Part shown: piece after piece, positions 10,540-19,603 of the stretch
Layout: each line of letters starts with the position of its first letter
Position numbering within the stretch: position 1 is the stretch's first letter
Virus record (IMG/VR): IMGVR_UViG_3300010885_064671
DNA length: 64,000 nt
Strand: one strand, 5' to 3'
DNA from: a virus
Notes under the pieces: generated by a model
What the model was told of the DNA's origin: nothing
Databases searched by the model: none
Seen by the model: only the letters and a program-made list of their open reading frames with translations
Position numbers and translations under genes: made by a program

Positions 10540-11282
10540 GGCTTAATCCACCACTGTTTATTCTCATGTCTAACAAATCCTATCTCTACCAACAATGGAT
10601 CCCAGTCCCATTCGAATCTATTATTAATAGCAAGATGCATAGGGATAGAGTTCCCGTGTTCTAGATCCCCAATACCAAATGCATTGTTAGGTATAAATAC
10701 ACCATCTTTTCTAAGGCAAGCAAAAACTGCACGCGCCCAATCTTCAACGTTAACAACATGTTCTAAGAAATCTAGAGCCACAACTGCATCAAAACAATCA
10801 CTACCCAGTTTTGGTTCAAAATTATCCGTAAAAAGAGTTTCTATATTATAATTCCTATATGTTTCACCTCTTTTAAATCTAAACTGTGCAAAACCTGCAG
10901 TCTTGCTATTTTTTAGATCATGATACGTTGGGTTCAAACCCTCTTCGGCCATCCTAATGCAAAGGCTACCAATTCCATCTCCGATACTAAGAACATCTTT
11001 CTTGCCGGAATTCACAAGCCCTAAAGATATACCTTCACACATACCAGAGTAATTAAACCCGGGATCAAGATGGTAGGCGGAAAGCTCCCAAATATAAGAG
11101 TCCGTATTCCTATACCAGGATAACAAAGAATCTGGGTTATTGACATCTGTATTGGCATCATTAAAATCTTTTGCTACTTCATGATGATTGTAGTGAAATC
11201 CTTTTTCTAATCTCTGTCTAGTATACCCTTCTGGTACCTTGAGAAATTCTGCTATATCTTTTGTTTGTATCTCAATATCCAT
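10536..11282 (-). CDS. SAM-dependent methyltransferase
   Basis: DVLSIGDGIGSLCIRMAEEG...FDAVVALDFLEHVVNVEDW. Confidence 0.75.
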   Translation of the reverse strand: MDIEIQTKDIAEFLKVPEGYTRQRLEKGFHYNHHEVAKDFNDANTDVNNPDSLLSWYRNTDSYIWELSAYHLDPGFNYSGMCEGISLGLVNSGKKDVLSIGDGIGSLCIRMAEEGLNPTYHDLKNSKTAGFAQFRFKRGETYRNYNIETLFTDNFEPKLGSDCFDAVVALDFLEHVVNVEDWARAVFACLRKDGVFIPNNAFGIGDLEHGNSIPMHLAINNRFEWDWDPLLVEIGFVRHENKQWWIKP

Positions 11283-12062
11283 TTATGCTCCAAATTTAGT
11301 AGTAATTACATTGCCTTCTATTTGATTTTTAGGTGGTAATTCTTTTCTTACCAACATTCTTTGCACCCATCTATCTGTTCCATTATATCGTGGTTGGAAT
11401 GGTTTACGACCATGTATTGTATTGGAATTATCAATAATCAATAGATCACCAGATTTAAGTACAATTTCTTTTGTGCATTTTTGTATAGCCGAATTTAATT
11501 CGGACAAAGCTAACTGAGCATATTCATTAATACCCTGCATAAAGAAGCTGTCGTAAACAATTGTAAAATTTTTACCATCAGTGCTTAAGATCGGGATAAT
11601 AAACTCTTGCTGTATTTCACCGTGTGATCTGAAGCTATCATCTATTGCTGTTTTATACCAAGGTTTTTTTAATGTCTCTATAACCTGGATTGATAGTAGC
11701 TCAACAATATCTTCTACGTTTGCGTAAGTTGTTATCGCACTAGGATCGCCCCTTAGACAAAGTAGCAAAACATAATCCGGCTTATAGGGATGGAAAGCAC
11801 TTTCCGTATGCAATGCTAGTTCAACTTTTGATGAGGAAGAAATTTGTTCGTATTCAGTTTTGTGAACAGGAACAATATTCTGTATTAATTGTCCATCTTG
11901 CTCTTGAGCGTAGGCTACTGGATAACCCAGTTGATGCCCGTAGTGCAGTAATGTTGCTGCTGGTATTTTGACTAGCAGCTCATTGGTTGAGCGACCATTA
12001 GGTATTGATGGCGTTTTAGGTACAGCCCCAATACCTACGCCACCATGTAATTTAACTCCCAT
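11283..12062 (-). CDS. Fe(II)/2-oxoglutarate-dependent oxygenase, TauD/clavaminate-synthase-like
   Basis: LALHTESAFHPYKPDYVLLLCLRGD (HxE) and IIDNSNTIHGRKPFQPRYNGTDRWVQRM (distal H and R). Confidence 0.75.
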   Translation of the reverse strand: MGVKLHGGVGIGAVPKTPSIPNGRSTNELLVKIPAATLLHYGHQLGYPVAYAQEQDGQLIQNIVPVHKTEYEQISSSSKVELALHTESAFHPYKPDYVLLLCLRGDPSAITTYANVEDIVELLSIQVIETLKKPWYKTAIDDSFRSHGEIQQEFIIPILSTDGKNFTIVYDSFFMQGINEYAQLALSELNSAIQKCTKEIVLKSGDLLIIDNSNTIHGRKPFQPRYNGTDRWVQRMLVRKELPPKNQIEGNVITTKFGA

Positions 12063-12063
12063 G

Positions 12064-12294
12064 TTAACCCGATAAAACTTTCCCTATTAGGAAATATAAT
12101 TTTGTTAGATCTTCTTGAGTTATACTAAAAACAAAATCTTTATTTTCTCTGGTATTAACAACAAAAGAATGTGCGTGGATTAATTCCCCTTCAGTGTTTA
12201 GCATGGCGGTGCTGTGGGAAACAGTGATCTGTTTAACCATTGGCATGAAGCCGCTAAAAGAATTATTTTCAATCATAAATTTCTTCAAAAACAT
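12064..12294 (-). CDS. Hypothetical small protein
   Basis: ORF immediately following neighbour on same strand. Confidence 0.5.
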   Translation of the reverse strand: MFLKKFMIENNSFSGFMPMVKQITVSHSTAMLNTEGELIHAHSFVVNTRENKDFVFSITQEDLTKLYFLIGKVLSG

Positions 12295-12443
12295 TCATAC
12301 CCATAAGTATACCATCTTATGAGAAGATAAGTGTTTTTATAGTTTTGTTATTATAAGATAAATTTCAAAAATATGTAGCCCTAAATATAGAAAATTTAAA
12401 CCCCAGCTTTTAAAAGATTGTTTATTAATTGACCAGCGCATAA

Positions 12444-12647
12444 TTATTTTCCTTTACTAATTTTTCTAAGAGTCTTTGCAAGAGAAGCTTGCTTGCGAGT
12501 GAGAGGGCTGTACTTACCTGGATTCTTTGATACAGCAGCTGCCATACCTGCTACGGATTTACCGGCCTTCTTAGCTTTAGCCGTAAAAGCTCCTGGTCTT
12601 TTAATCGCTCCAGCAATCCAATTCTTATCTGATTTCTTACTTGCCAT
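12444..12647 (-). CDS. Small Lys-rich basic protein
   Basis: MASKKSDKNWIAGAIKRPGAFTAKAKKAGKSVAG...LRKISKGK. Confidence 0.6.
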   Translation of the reverse strand: MASKKSDKNWIAGAIKRPGAFTAKAKKAGKSVAGMAAAVSKNPGKYSPLTRKQASLAKTLRKISKGK

Positions 12648-13005
12648 CTTTAACTTTTTCTCCTGTTTTAAACTTTACATCATCTATATCAAATCCACCT
12701 AATGCGTGATCCCTAATATGGGTATCAAGCTTACCCTCTATTCTATCAACAGAATCATTTGTTTTGTCGATTGAGCGGCCGAGGCTTTTACCCAACTGCT
12801 GTATCATTGATACAACAGTTGCATGGTCTGCTTTGTTCTGCAACCATTCGGACCTTGCTTCTTCACCGCGCTTTTTTCCAGCTTTATAAACAAATTGTAG
12901 ATATGCTACTGCAATAAGACTACATGCAGTAATTAAAGTTACAATAATATTTTGCCAGTTGGTCATGTCGGCCGCTGGAGTAATAAGAGTTTCAGACCCA
13001 AACAT
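12637..13005 (-). CDS. Single-TM protein immediately upstream of the following gene's opposite end (adjacent to the endolysin); holin/spanin-like candidate
   Basis: NIIVTLITACSLIAVAYLQFVYKAG TM segment, then coiled/charged tail; abuts endolysin stop. Confidence 0.45.
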   Translation of the reverse strand: MFGSETLITPAADMTNWQNIIVTLITACSLIAVAYLQFVYKAGKKRGEEARSEWLQNKADHATVVSMIQQLGKSLGRSIDKTNDSVDRIEGKLDTHIRDHALGGFDIDDVKFKTGEKVKDGK

Positions 13006-13759
13006 TACTTAAGGCCAAGCAGTTCTTCTACCTTCGGTCCAACAACCGAATCTGCATTGAGCTTATTGGCTACCTTAAAAGCTTTCACTGCTGCATCGGT
13101 CGCAGCGTCTTTCTGACCATTGATTAGACCCTTATAGAACCCCTTAGCCTTCAGAGCCTCTTGTAGAGCTTTGTGGTCATGGATAGGCGGTGTTGTGTTT
13201 AGGTTGACAATTGGTGCTACTCCGCCCATAAATGCTGCAACCGCAGCTGGAACATTATCTCCCGATACATAACGCAAATGCCATGGCTCTTCTGGAACAA
13301 CCTCCCACGAAAAACCAAAATCCTTAACATTAGCTATTAACCAATTAAGACGTTTAGGGTTGCCAGCATCACTAACATCAACTGCAATCCCGCAAGTTGT
13401 GCTGACTGGAACCCGGAGCAGCTAAGGGGGCGTTACCCTTTTTCAAATACCACTTCTTACCTTCATAAGTTCTTGTGCTCGAGCCGGCAATTTCTGCCAA
13501 CTGATAGCGCTGCATAAAGCCAGCAAGCTGCTGCTCTAGGGTTCTATATGTATCTCCGTGAAGAAGTTGGCTTTAGCTCAATGCCTTCAGCTGCAGCCTT
13601 GGTAACCATAGCTAGCCATGCATTTGCGGCAAGCTTGTGTAGCTTTCCTCCGCCCGGTATCGATACCAAAAGATTAGCTGGCAATTTCCCTGGAGTTACC
13701 CCTTTTAGATCTGCGGGCAACTTAACTGGAACGATGTAATCCCATGCAACCTTGCTCAT
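13005..13759 (-). CDS. Endolysin: M15 D-Ala-D-Ala peptidase + peptidoglycan-binding domain, requiring two +1 shifts at CGG 13556..13558 and 13390..13392
   Basis: Joined: ...GIELKPTSS|GDTYRTLEQQLAGFMQRYQ...APGSSQHNL|GIAVDVSDAGNPKRLNWLIANVKDFGFSWEVVPEEPWHLRYVSG... then PPIHDHKALQEALKAKGFYKGLING... (PG_binding_1-like). SxHxxGxAxD and PWHLRY motifs are complete only after both shifts. Confidence 0.9.
13390..13392 (-). other. +1 frameshift site: TTG CGG GAT -> TTG (C) GGG ATT
   Basis: Completes SSQHNL-G-IAVDV; zero frame stops GAT TGC AGT TGA. Confidence 0.92.
13556..13558 (-). other. +1 frameshift site: TCA CGG AGA -> TCA (C) GGA GAT
   Basis: Zero frame stops AGA TAC ATA TAG. Confidence 0.88.
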
Positions 13760-13854
13760 AAAATAATCCTATCTTTGGAATAAATGGCTTTATATATTAG
13801 TAACTTTTATTTGCCAAAAAACCATGATTATCCATCAACATTGTAACATAAAAA

Positions 13855-13882
13855 AAACCCCCACCTTTAAGGGTGGGGGTTT
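13855..13882. terminator. Bidirectional hairpin terminator
   Basis: AAACCCCCACC-tttaag-GGTGGGGGTTT perfect 11-bp stem. Confidence 0.75.
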
Positions 13883-13896
13883 AAATTATGAAAGAA

Positions 13897-14148
13897 TTAT
13901 TTCTTACCTTTTCCGGTACCAATCTTGCCCAAAACTTTTATTGGACGCTTAGCCATATTCATCTGACCAGAAGTAGCTGTTGGCTTAGGTGCAGTTACAC
14001 CTTTGCCTGCAGGCGTAATAACTTTGTTAGTGCCCGCTTGTTTAATCGGACGCATTGCCATTTTAGCTTGGCCTGGTGTAGCGGTAGGATCTGGTGCACT
14101 AAGCGAACCGCCTCCGCCCATTTTACTTTTTGATTTCTTCATAGCCAT
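13897..14148 (-). CDS. Small Lys/Pro-rich protein with internal repeat (TATPGQAKMAMRPIK / TATSGQMNMAKRPIK)
   Basis: ORF and internal repeat. Confidence 0.6.
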   Translation of the reverse strand: MAMKKSKSKMGGGGSLSAPDPTATPGQAKMAMRPIKQAGTNKVITPAGKGVTAPKPTATSGQMNMAKRPIKVLGKIGTGKGKK

Positions 14149-14599
14149 AATCCTATTTCTCCTTGGTTTTTTTATTAGTTTTTTTAACTGTAGCTTTTTT
14201 TTTAGCTACACTTTTAGTTTTATTTGCCACCTGCTTTTCAACAGAAGGTATGCTTTGTATGTATTTAGACATAGTAACTATATTCCCTTAAATTACTTCA
14301 TTCTTTTATAATTAGGTTTTGTAGTGCCTTCTTTTTTCTTGGGACCTTGTTTTTTAGCATCTGTTACTAATTTTGTTGATGGTTTACCTGCAAGAATAAG
14401 GGTAGCTGGTGCTGTTTTTTTTACATTTGTTAATTTACCCTTTTTAGCGGCCATCTTATTTTCCCTTTTTCTTCTTAGCTATAGCTGCCTGTATAAACGG
14501 AGGAAGCTTCTTCTGCGATGCTGTCATACCAGCTTTTGCGGCTGGTGCCGGTACTTTTGCCATTTTTTTTGGTTGTTTTTTCATAGCCATTGTGTTCTC

Positions 14600-14827
14600 C
14601 TATTTGGTTTTTTTATTTGTTGTTTTATGTGGGTGATCTTTATGCCATAATTTGGCAGACTTAACACCCTGTTTTACAGTCTTGACACCAGCTACTTTGG
14701 TAAGGTCAGCTTTTTTCCAAGCGCCCTTTTTTATACCTGGATGGTCAACAATCACATCACCAGTTTTATCTGTTTTAAAAACGTGTGTAACACCTGTGAT
14801 TTTTAATTTCTTTTTTTGAGTAGCCAT
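14600..14827 (-). CDS. Small Lys-rich protein
   Basis: MATQKKKLKITGVTHVFKTDKTGDVIVDHPG... Confidence 0.55.
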   Translation of the reverse strand: MATQKKKLKITGVTHVFKTDKTGDVIVDHPGIKKGAWKKADLTKVAGVKTVKQGVKSAKLWHKDHPHKTTNKKTK

Positions 14828-15065
14828 TACTTTTTCTTCTTTGATTTGTTTTTGTTAACTTTAGGAGACTTAACTGGTTTTGGTGCGTTCTTTAATTCAA
14901 CGCCGTACATAAAATTATTTTGGCCCATTCTAGGACCAGATATATAAATACGATTTCCCATAACCATTATTTTTTTTCTTTCTGTGCTGGTGGTTCACCT
15001 AAAACTTTTACAGGTGCTGAATTACCCTTAGAAACTTTTCTAAATTTAGCTAAAGACATAGCTAT

Positions 15066-15335
15066 TTATTTAGTGGTTTTTTTTGGCTTAGCTTTTGCTG
15101 TTGGAGCTTTTGGTGCTGTTTTCTTTTTTGCATCTGATACAGCTTTTGTAGTTTCTTTTTTAGCATTCTTGGCAATATTGCTTGCAGCTACCTTAGCAAT
15201 AACAGCAACATCTTCTGCTTGATTTACTAATTCATCCAGCATTTTTGCCTGAGCTTTAGCGGCCGGACTATTTGGGTCTATTTTTTCAACACTGAAAAGA
15301 ACTGCTTTAAGTTTACTTGCTATTTTCTTAAACAT
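15066..15335 (-). CDS. Small Lys/Ala-rich, histone-H1-like basic protein
   Basis: ...NAKKETTKAVSDAKKKTAPKAPTAKAKPKKTTK. Confidence 0.6.
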   Translation of the reverse strand: MFKKIASKLKAVLFSVEKIDPNSPAAKAQAKMLDELVNQAEDVAVIAKVAASNIAKNAKKETTKAVSDAKKKTAPKAPTAKAKPKKTTK

Positions 15336-15416
15336 TTTTACCTCTGTTTGTATTTGGTTTGAATAATAATAGTAACATTATACTATGTAATATAGTAACT
15401 TGTAAAGTATTTTTTG

Positions 15417-15734
15417 CTATTTACCCTGCTGTGTATCTTTAATCAGGGAATATCTCTCCCCAGTTTCCCTAGAGACTAAAGAAAACGCTTCTGCCGCGCT
15501 CTTTTTAACTGCTTCAGAAAGAGCATCTATATCAGAAGCCTCTACACCAGACAAGGGAACTGTAAGGCAGGCGAAAATATCTATGTTCTCAAAATTGCCT
15601 ATATTTACTTTTCTGCCTACAGCTACAGTAAGGACTGGGTCTGTGGTAACGGTTACCTTTTGGTGAGTAGCTACAGTTGAATCCATAATTGGATTAAACG
15701 ATTGTTCTGCTGGACTTTCATTTATTTTAGGCAT
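15417..15734 (-). CDS. Hypothetical protein
   Basis: ORF. Confidence 0.5.
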   Translation of the reverse strand: MPKINESPAEQSFNPIMDSTVATHQKVTVTTDPVLTVAVGRKVNIGNFENIDIFACLTVPLSGVEASDIDALSEAVKKSAAEAFSLVSRETGERYSLIKDTQQGK

Positions 15735-16530
15735 TTGTGACTGATCCTATTCCGAGACACTCAAGAGTTGCCTCTACCTGTTGTTGTAAATTCATATTAT
15801 TTGTATCTATTATAGCAGATGCCAATGATCTTACCTCATCACAATCTTGCTCTGAACTATGGCCAGAATGATTCGATGACATTAACTGGCCGTCTCGTTT
15901 TATCAATCTGTCATCCAAAGTATCTTTGTCCGCATCAAAACTGATAACGAATCCGTTTGGTTGCTTCAATATACTTAAGGCCTCATTTTTATATCTAACA
16001 TCTGAAACAATAATACACATAGGCGTTAATGTGTCGGAGTATTTATCTGAATCCTCAGAGCGCCTAATAAACTGTCTATATAATTTATTGGCCTTAATAA
16101 TACCCCATGTAGAGAAACAGTTGCTATCAAACTCCCTACAAATATCACCAGCCTGCTGGAGAAAACCTCTAGGCTTTGTGCCTTCTAAGTCTATTGGAAG
16201 ATTATATATTTCTTTTACTTTTTTCACCAAGACGTCGTAATGCGGCATGTTGCCTATTGAGCTTCCCCCATAAACCTCATACAATACTTCATGAAGTGCA
16301 TGCAACTTTCTCGACTCTTCATTAATGCCAATTATGTTTCTTCTAATAGAAGCCATCTCGTAAAGTGGCAATGCGTAAAATATATGATCCCACAAAACTC
16401 CATATTTTACTAATTCCATAGAACCTTTAGGAATAATAGATTCTGCTACAGATGTTTTCCCGCTTCCAGCTTTTCCGGATAGACCAAGAATAATAGGTTG
16501 ATTGTGATGATCGTATATTTTCATATACAC
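15727..16530 (-). CDS. Deoxynucleoside monophosphate kinase-like protein
   Basis: ILGLSGKAGSGKTSVAESI Walker A near N-terminus; dNMP kinase-like layout. Confidence 0.65.
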   Translation of the reverse strand: MYMKIYDHHNQPIILGLSGKAGSGKTSVAESIIPKGSMELVKYGVLWDHIFYALPLYEMASIRRNIIGINEESRKLHALHEVLYEVYGGSSIGNMPHYDVLVKKVKEIYNLPIDLEGTKPRGFLQQAGDICREFDSNCFSTWGIIKANKLYRQFIRRSEDSDKYSDTLTPMCIIVSDVRYKNEALSILKQPNGFVISFDADKDTLDDRLIKRDGQLMSSNHSGHSSEQDCDEVRSLASAIIDTNNMNLQQQVEATLECLGIGSVTNA

Positions 16531-16541
16531 AGTATATCAGC

Positions 16542-16973
16542 TTATTGGTGTGTTTGTTTGTTTCTAATTTCCAACTCGTCTAAAAATGCATTTGCCAAAG
16601 CATCAGGCTCCCATACAAAAGATCTAGGAACTTGCAATATTCTAAAATTATACTCAGATCTTATATCTTCTATCGTCATCAACAATGGTATTAAAAGTTT
16701 ATTTTTGCATTCCCATTTTCCAGATATTTGATTTGCGACAACCGCAGAATCAGTATATATAATGGGGTCTACTAAATCTGCCATTGCAGATATTAAAAGA
16801 CCAGCTATAACCGCTTCGTATTCAGCCTCATTATTCCCTCTTGGACCAAGTCCTCTTGAAAATTGAGCTATTTTTTTTCTATTTTTATATACAACAACAG
16901 AGCACGCTGCTTCCCCAACTTTTTTTTGACCTTGCCCCCTTGATGCACCATCACAAAATACTTCAAAGTTCAT
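16542..16973 (-). CDS. Ribonuclease H-like protein
   Basis: EVFCDGASRGQG...GPRGNNEAEYEAVIAGLL...YTDSAVVANQISGKW...DALAN. Confidence 0.85.
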   Translation of the reverse strand: MNFEVFCDGASRGQGQKKVGEAACSVVVYKNRKKIAQFSRGLGPRGNNEAEYEAVIAGLLISAMADLVDPIIYTDSAVVANQISGKWECKNKLLIPLLMTIEDIRSEYNFRILQVPRSFVWEPDALANAFLDELEIRNKQTHQ

Positions 16974-17182
16974 TAGTCAACTTTCACATTGCAAGGTATT
17001 CCCAGCTCAGTTGCCCTATCTAGCACATTCTTTTCCTGGGTAATACCATTGGCCATGTGCGTTGCAGACAAGAGATACCTTTCGCCTTTATATTCTACCT
17101 GTGTTGGAAAATCTAAATTTTCTCTTTTTTGGGAATAAAATTCCTTGGCTTTATTAACCGCTTTATAATAACCTATAAACAT
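16973..17182 (-). CDS. Hypothetical small protein
   Basis: ORF. Confidence 0.45.
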   Translation of the reverse strand: MFIGYYKAVNKAKEFYSQKRENLDFPTQVEYKGERYLLSATHMANGITQEKNVLDRATELGIPCNVKVD

Positions 17183-17193
17183 ATATATCTCCT

Positions 17194-17709
17194 CTAATAT
17201 GTAGTAAAATCACTTTCGAGATAATGACCTTTACTTTCTCTAGATGCAGCTATCTGCATTGATTGCACTTTGTCCATTAGTTTTCTGGCAGACTCAGAAG
17301 CTATTCTAGCTGCGCCTTCCATGGATTCTGCTAAACTCAATATTGCTTCACAAGTTATAAGAGCAGAGTACTCGTCTTCAGCTGCCTCCATTGCGGCGGC
17401 TTCTCTTTCTGCTTCATTCTTTCCAACTCTAGAAGATTTATACTTTTTCTTATATTTACCTTCCATAAGCTTATAGTTTGCTCTAGCCATACCAGCAAAT
17501 CTTGCGGCTCTACCATAAACATTTGAAGTTTTAGCTACCAAAGATGCAAGATTATCAAGACCAAGGTCTATCGTATCTTCGTCTGGTATCTCTATGAAGT
17601 ATTTATTACTTAATCCTGACTCGGCATAGGAGGTTATCACTTCCTGGATTTGTGGTCCAAGAAAGTCGGATAATAACTGTTGTAATTTTTCTAGAGTTTG
17701 GTTATTCAT
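17194..17709 (-). CDS. Hypothetical protein
   Basis: ORF. Confidence 0.55.
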   Translation of the reverse strand: MNNQTLEKLQQLLSDFLGPQIQEVITSYAESGLSNKYFIEIPDEDTIDLGLDNLASLVAKTSNVYGRAARFAGMARANYKLMEGKYKKKYKSSRVGKNEAEREAAAMEAAEDEYSALITCEAILSLAESMEGAARIASESARKLMDKVQSMQIAASRESKGHYLESDFTTY

Positions 17710-18577
17710 TTATCTTTCCTTTTTAAATTTAGCTCTTTTATTAACCCAGCCATTTCTGGATCATCTAATATTATTTCTTGCAATTTTAATCTTGCGTTCT
17801 TTAAATGCTCCCTTACTGTATTGGGATGCTCATTTATTTTAAGGGATATTTCACTTGATCTTTTGCCATCTATATATCTCCATTTTATTAACTGTCTTTC
17901 TTGGATAGTCAATTTATCAAATGGTGGAAAATTATTATCTCCAGCCACCCAAGATTCATCTATATCCTCAGCTGCCAACAAAGATTCCATAGAATATTCT
18001 TTTGGTTCAGCTTTAAAACCTACTTGAAAATTTTCACTATCAGGATCTGTATCGGCGTCGTCATCAATGAGTGGAAATGTTTTTCTTCCTAATTGATCTA
18101 TTAAAAATATATCTACGTTTTTCTTTAAAAGATAAAAGAAATAACTATACAAGAACCCGGCTAAAAGGTATTGGTCCTTTTGCGGAATCTTTCTTCTCAT
18201 ACCTATTAATGCATTGGAAGAAGGTTACATCTATAGTCTGACGAATATCCTCCTCTGCTCCGTATCGTTTAGCCATGTATACTATACCACCCATTATGTC
18301 TGAAACTTCTTTATGGTCTTTTTTAGCTAATTTATTTCTCATCAAAGAAGTTCTAACATAAGGATTTTTTACAAAAAGACTTATGAACCTTCTGATATCA
18401 TAGTCGGCTAAATTATATCTACCATAATAGATCAAAGCAACATACTTACTTAGGAAATTGCTGAATACTTTTAGCAACTCTAACTTAGCTTTATGGTCAC
18501 CGGCCTTTTGCTTTGGCTATTAACTCCTGCATCTCGTGCTCTTCGAGCGTGTAATACTGCTCTTTATATGCAGCCAT
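17706..18577 (-). CDS. Phage RNA polymerase sigma factor, requiring two +1 shifts at CGG 18500..18502 and 18157..18159
   Basis: Joined: MAAYKEQYYTLEEHEMQELIAKAKG|DHK-frame ...GDHKAKLELLKVFSNFL...INRYEKKDSAKGPIPFS|GFLYSYFFYLLKK... ending FDKLTIQERQLIKWRYIDGKRSSEISLKINEHPNTVREHLKNARLKL (sigma region 4-like HTH). Length 872 = 3n+2. Confidence 0.8.
18157..18159 (-). other. +1 frameshift site: AGC CGG GTT -> AGC (C) GGG TTC
   Basis: Zero frame stops GTT CTT GTA TAG. Confidence 0.85.
18500..18502 (-). other. +1 frameshift site: GGC CGG TGA -> GGC (C) GGT GAC
   Basis: Zero frame stop is the next codon. Confidence 0.8.
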
Positions 18578-19141
18578 TTATTTTCCTTCCCAGTAGACTA
18601 TGCTCGCTGCATACTCGTTTCTTATATCTTCATAATAAATAATATTAGCTACGCCTAACTCGTTTAAAAATTCAACTGCATCTTTTGCATATTTGCTTAT
18701 AATACAGGTAAAATTTTTAAATTCTTTAGGGTAGTACCTTTTGAATCTTTTAATTTTTGTTTTACTTTTACTATCTAAGTAACCTTTCATCTCTACCCAT
18801 TCGTTTGTTGCGGTAAGATAAAAATCTGGAGTATAACCTTTCACGCCTCTTTTTATTGGAAAAGAAAAAACAGTTGGTTCAAATTCAAATTTGATTTTAT
18901 ATGCGTTAAGTACTCGAACAAAATTTGCTTCCCAATTAGAACGTACGTTAAGATCTATATCTTTTCTATATCCAGTCTTAGTATGCTTGTATGCATTTCC
19001 TGTTCTAGCTGGCCTTTTAATCTCATCTTCAATTATTTCTTCATCAATTTTTTTAATATTAATTTTTTTAAAATTCGGATGTGCTTTTAATTTTGATTTA
19101 GAAAGAAAAAAATCCCTAGACTTGACAACAGTGCTCTCCAT
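18578..19141 (-). CDS. PD-(D/E)XK-type endonuclease
   Basis: SNWEANFVRVL...KGYTPDFYL...WVEMKGYLDSKSKTKI...YPKEF. Confidence 0.75.
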   Translation of the reverse strand: MESTVVKSRDFFLSKSKLKAHPNFKKINIKKIDEEIIEDEIKRPARTGNAYKHTKTGYRKDIDLNVRSNWEANFVRVLNAYKIKFEFEPTVFSFPIKRGVKGYTPDFYLTATNEWVEMKGYLDSKSKTKIKRFKRYYPKEFKNFTCIISKYAKDAVEFLNELGVANIIYYEDIRNEYAASIVYWEGK

Positions 19142-19294
19142 AGTGTAACCTCTACTCCGTTATATCCGCAAAATTATGTACCAGCCGGGTTAGTATAGAC
19201 TAACCTTAATACTTATATTATACTCTATATAAAATAAAAAAACAAAACAACTATTAAGTTGCAAAACCACAAAAGAAAAGGTAGTATAACAACT

Positions 19295-19474
19295 ATGACA
19301 AACACAACAACAACAACAACAAGAATCCTATTAGACAGCATGCACCAGGCAGCAAACGAAGGGGCAATTGAGTCATTGATCAATAACTACGGTTATAGTC
19401 AAGAAACAGCCCTTAAGCTTGTAACCGAAATTGACGGCACTGACTTCGAGTTAGACGTTAATTCAGCTTTCTAA
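19295..19474 (+). CDS. Small protein, the only convincing forward-strand gene in the window
   Basis: MTNTTTTTTRILLDSMHQAANEGAIESLINNYGYSQETALKLVTEIDGTDFELDVNSAF; purine-rich AAAGAAAAGG upstream, terminator hairpin directly downstream. Confidence 0.7.
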   Translation: MTNTTTTTTRILLDSMHQAANEGAIESLINNYGYSQETALKLVTEIDGTDFELDVNSAF

Positions 19475-19482
19475 TAAACCTT

Positions 19483-19523
19483 AAAAAACCCCCTTCGCCG
19501 ATAGTTGGTGGAGGGGGTTTTTT
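19483..19523 (+). terminator. Rho-independent terminator of the forward gene
   Basis: AAAAAACCCCC...GGGGGTTTTTT. Confidence 0.75.
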
Positions 19524-19603
19524 GTATACCCATACTATTAAGATTGCTATAATAGGTAAAAATGGGGAAAAAATTTTTAGGCCCAAAATGGTTTTGGACT
19601 TTT

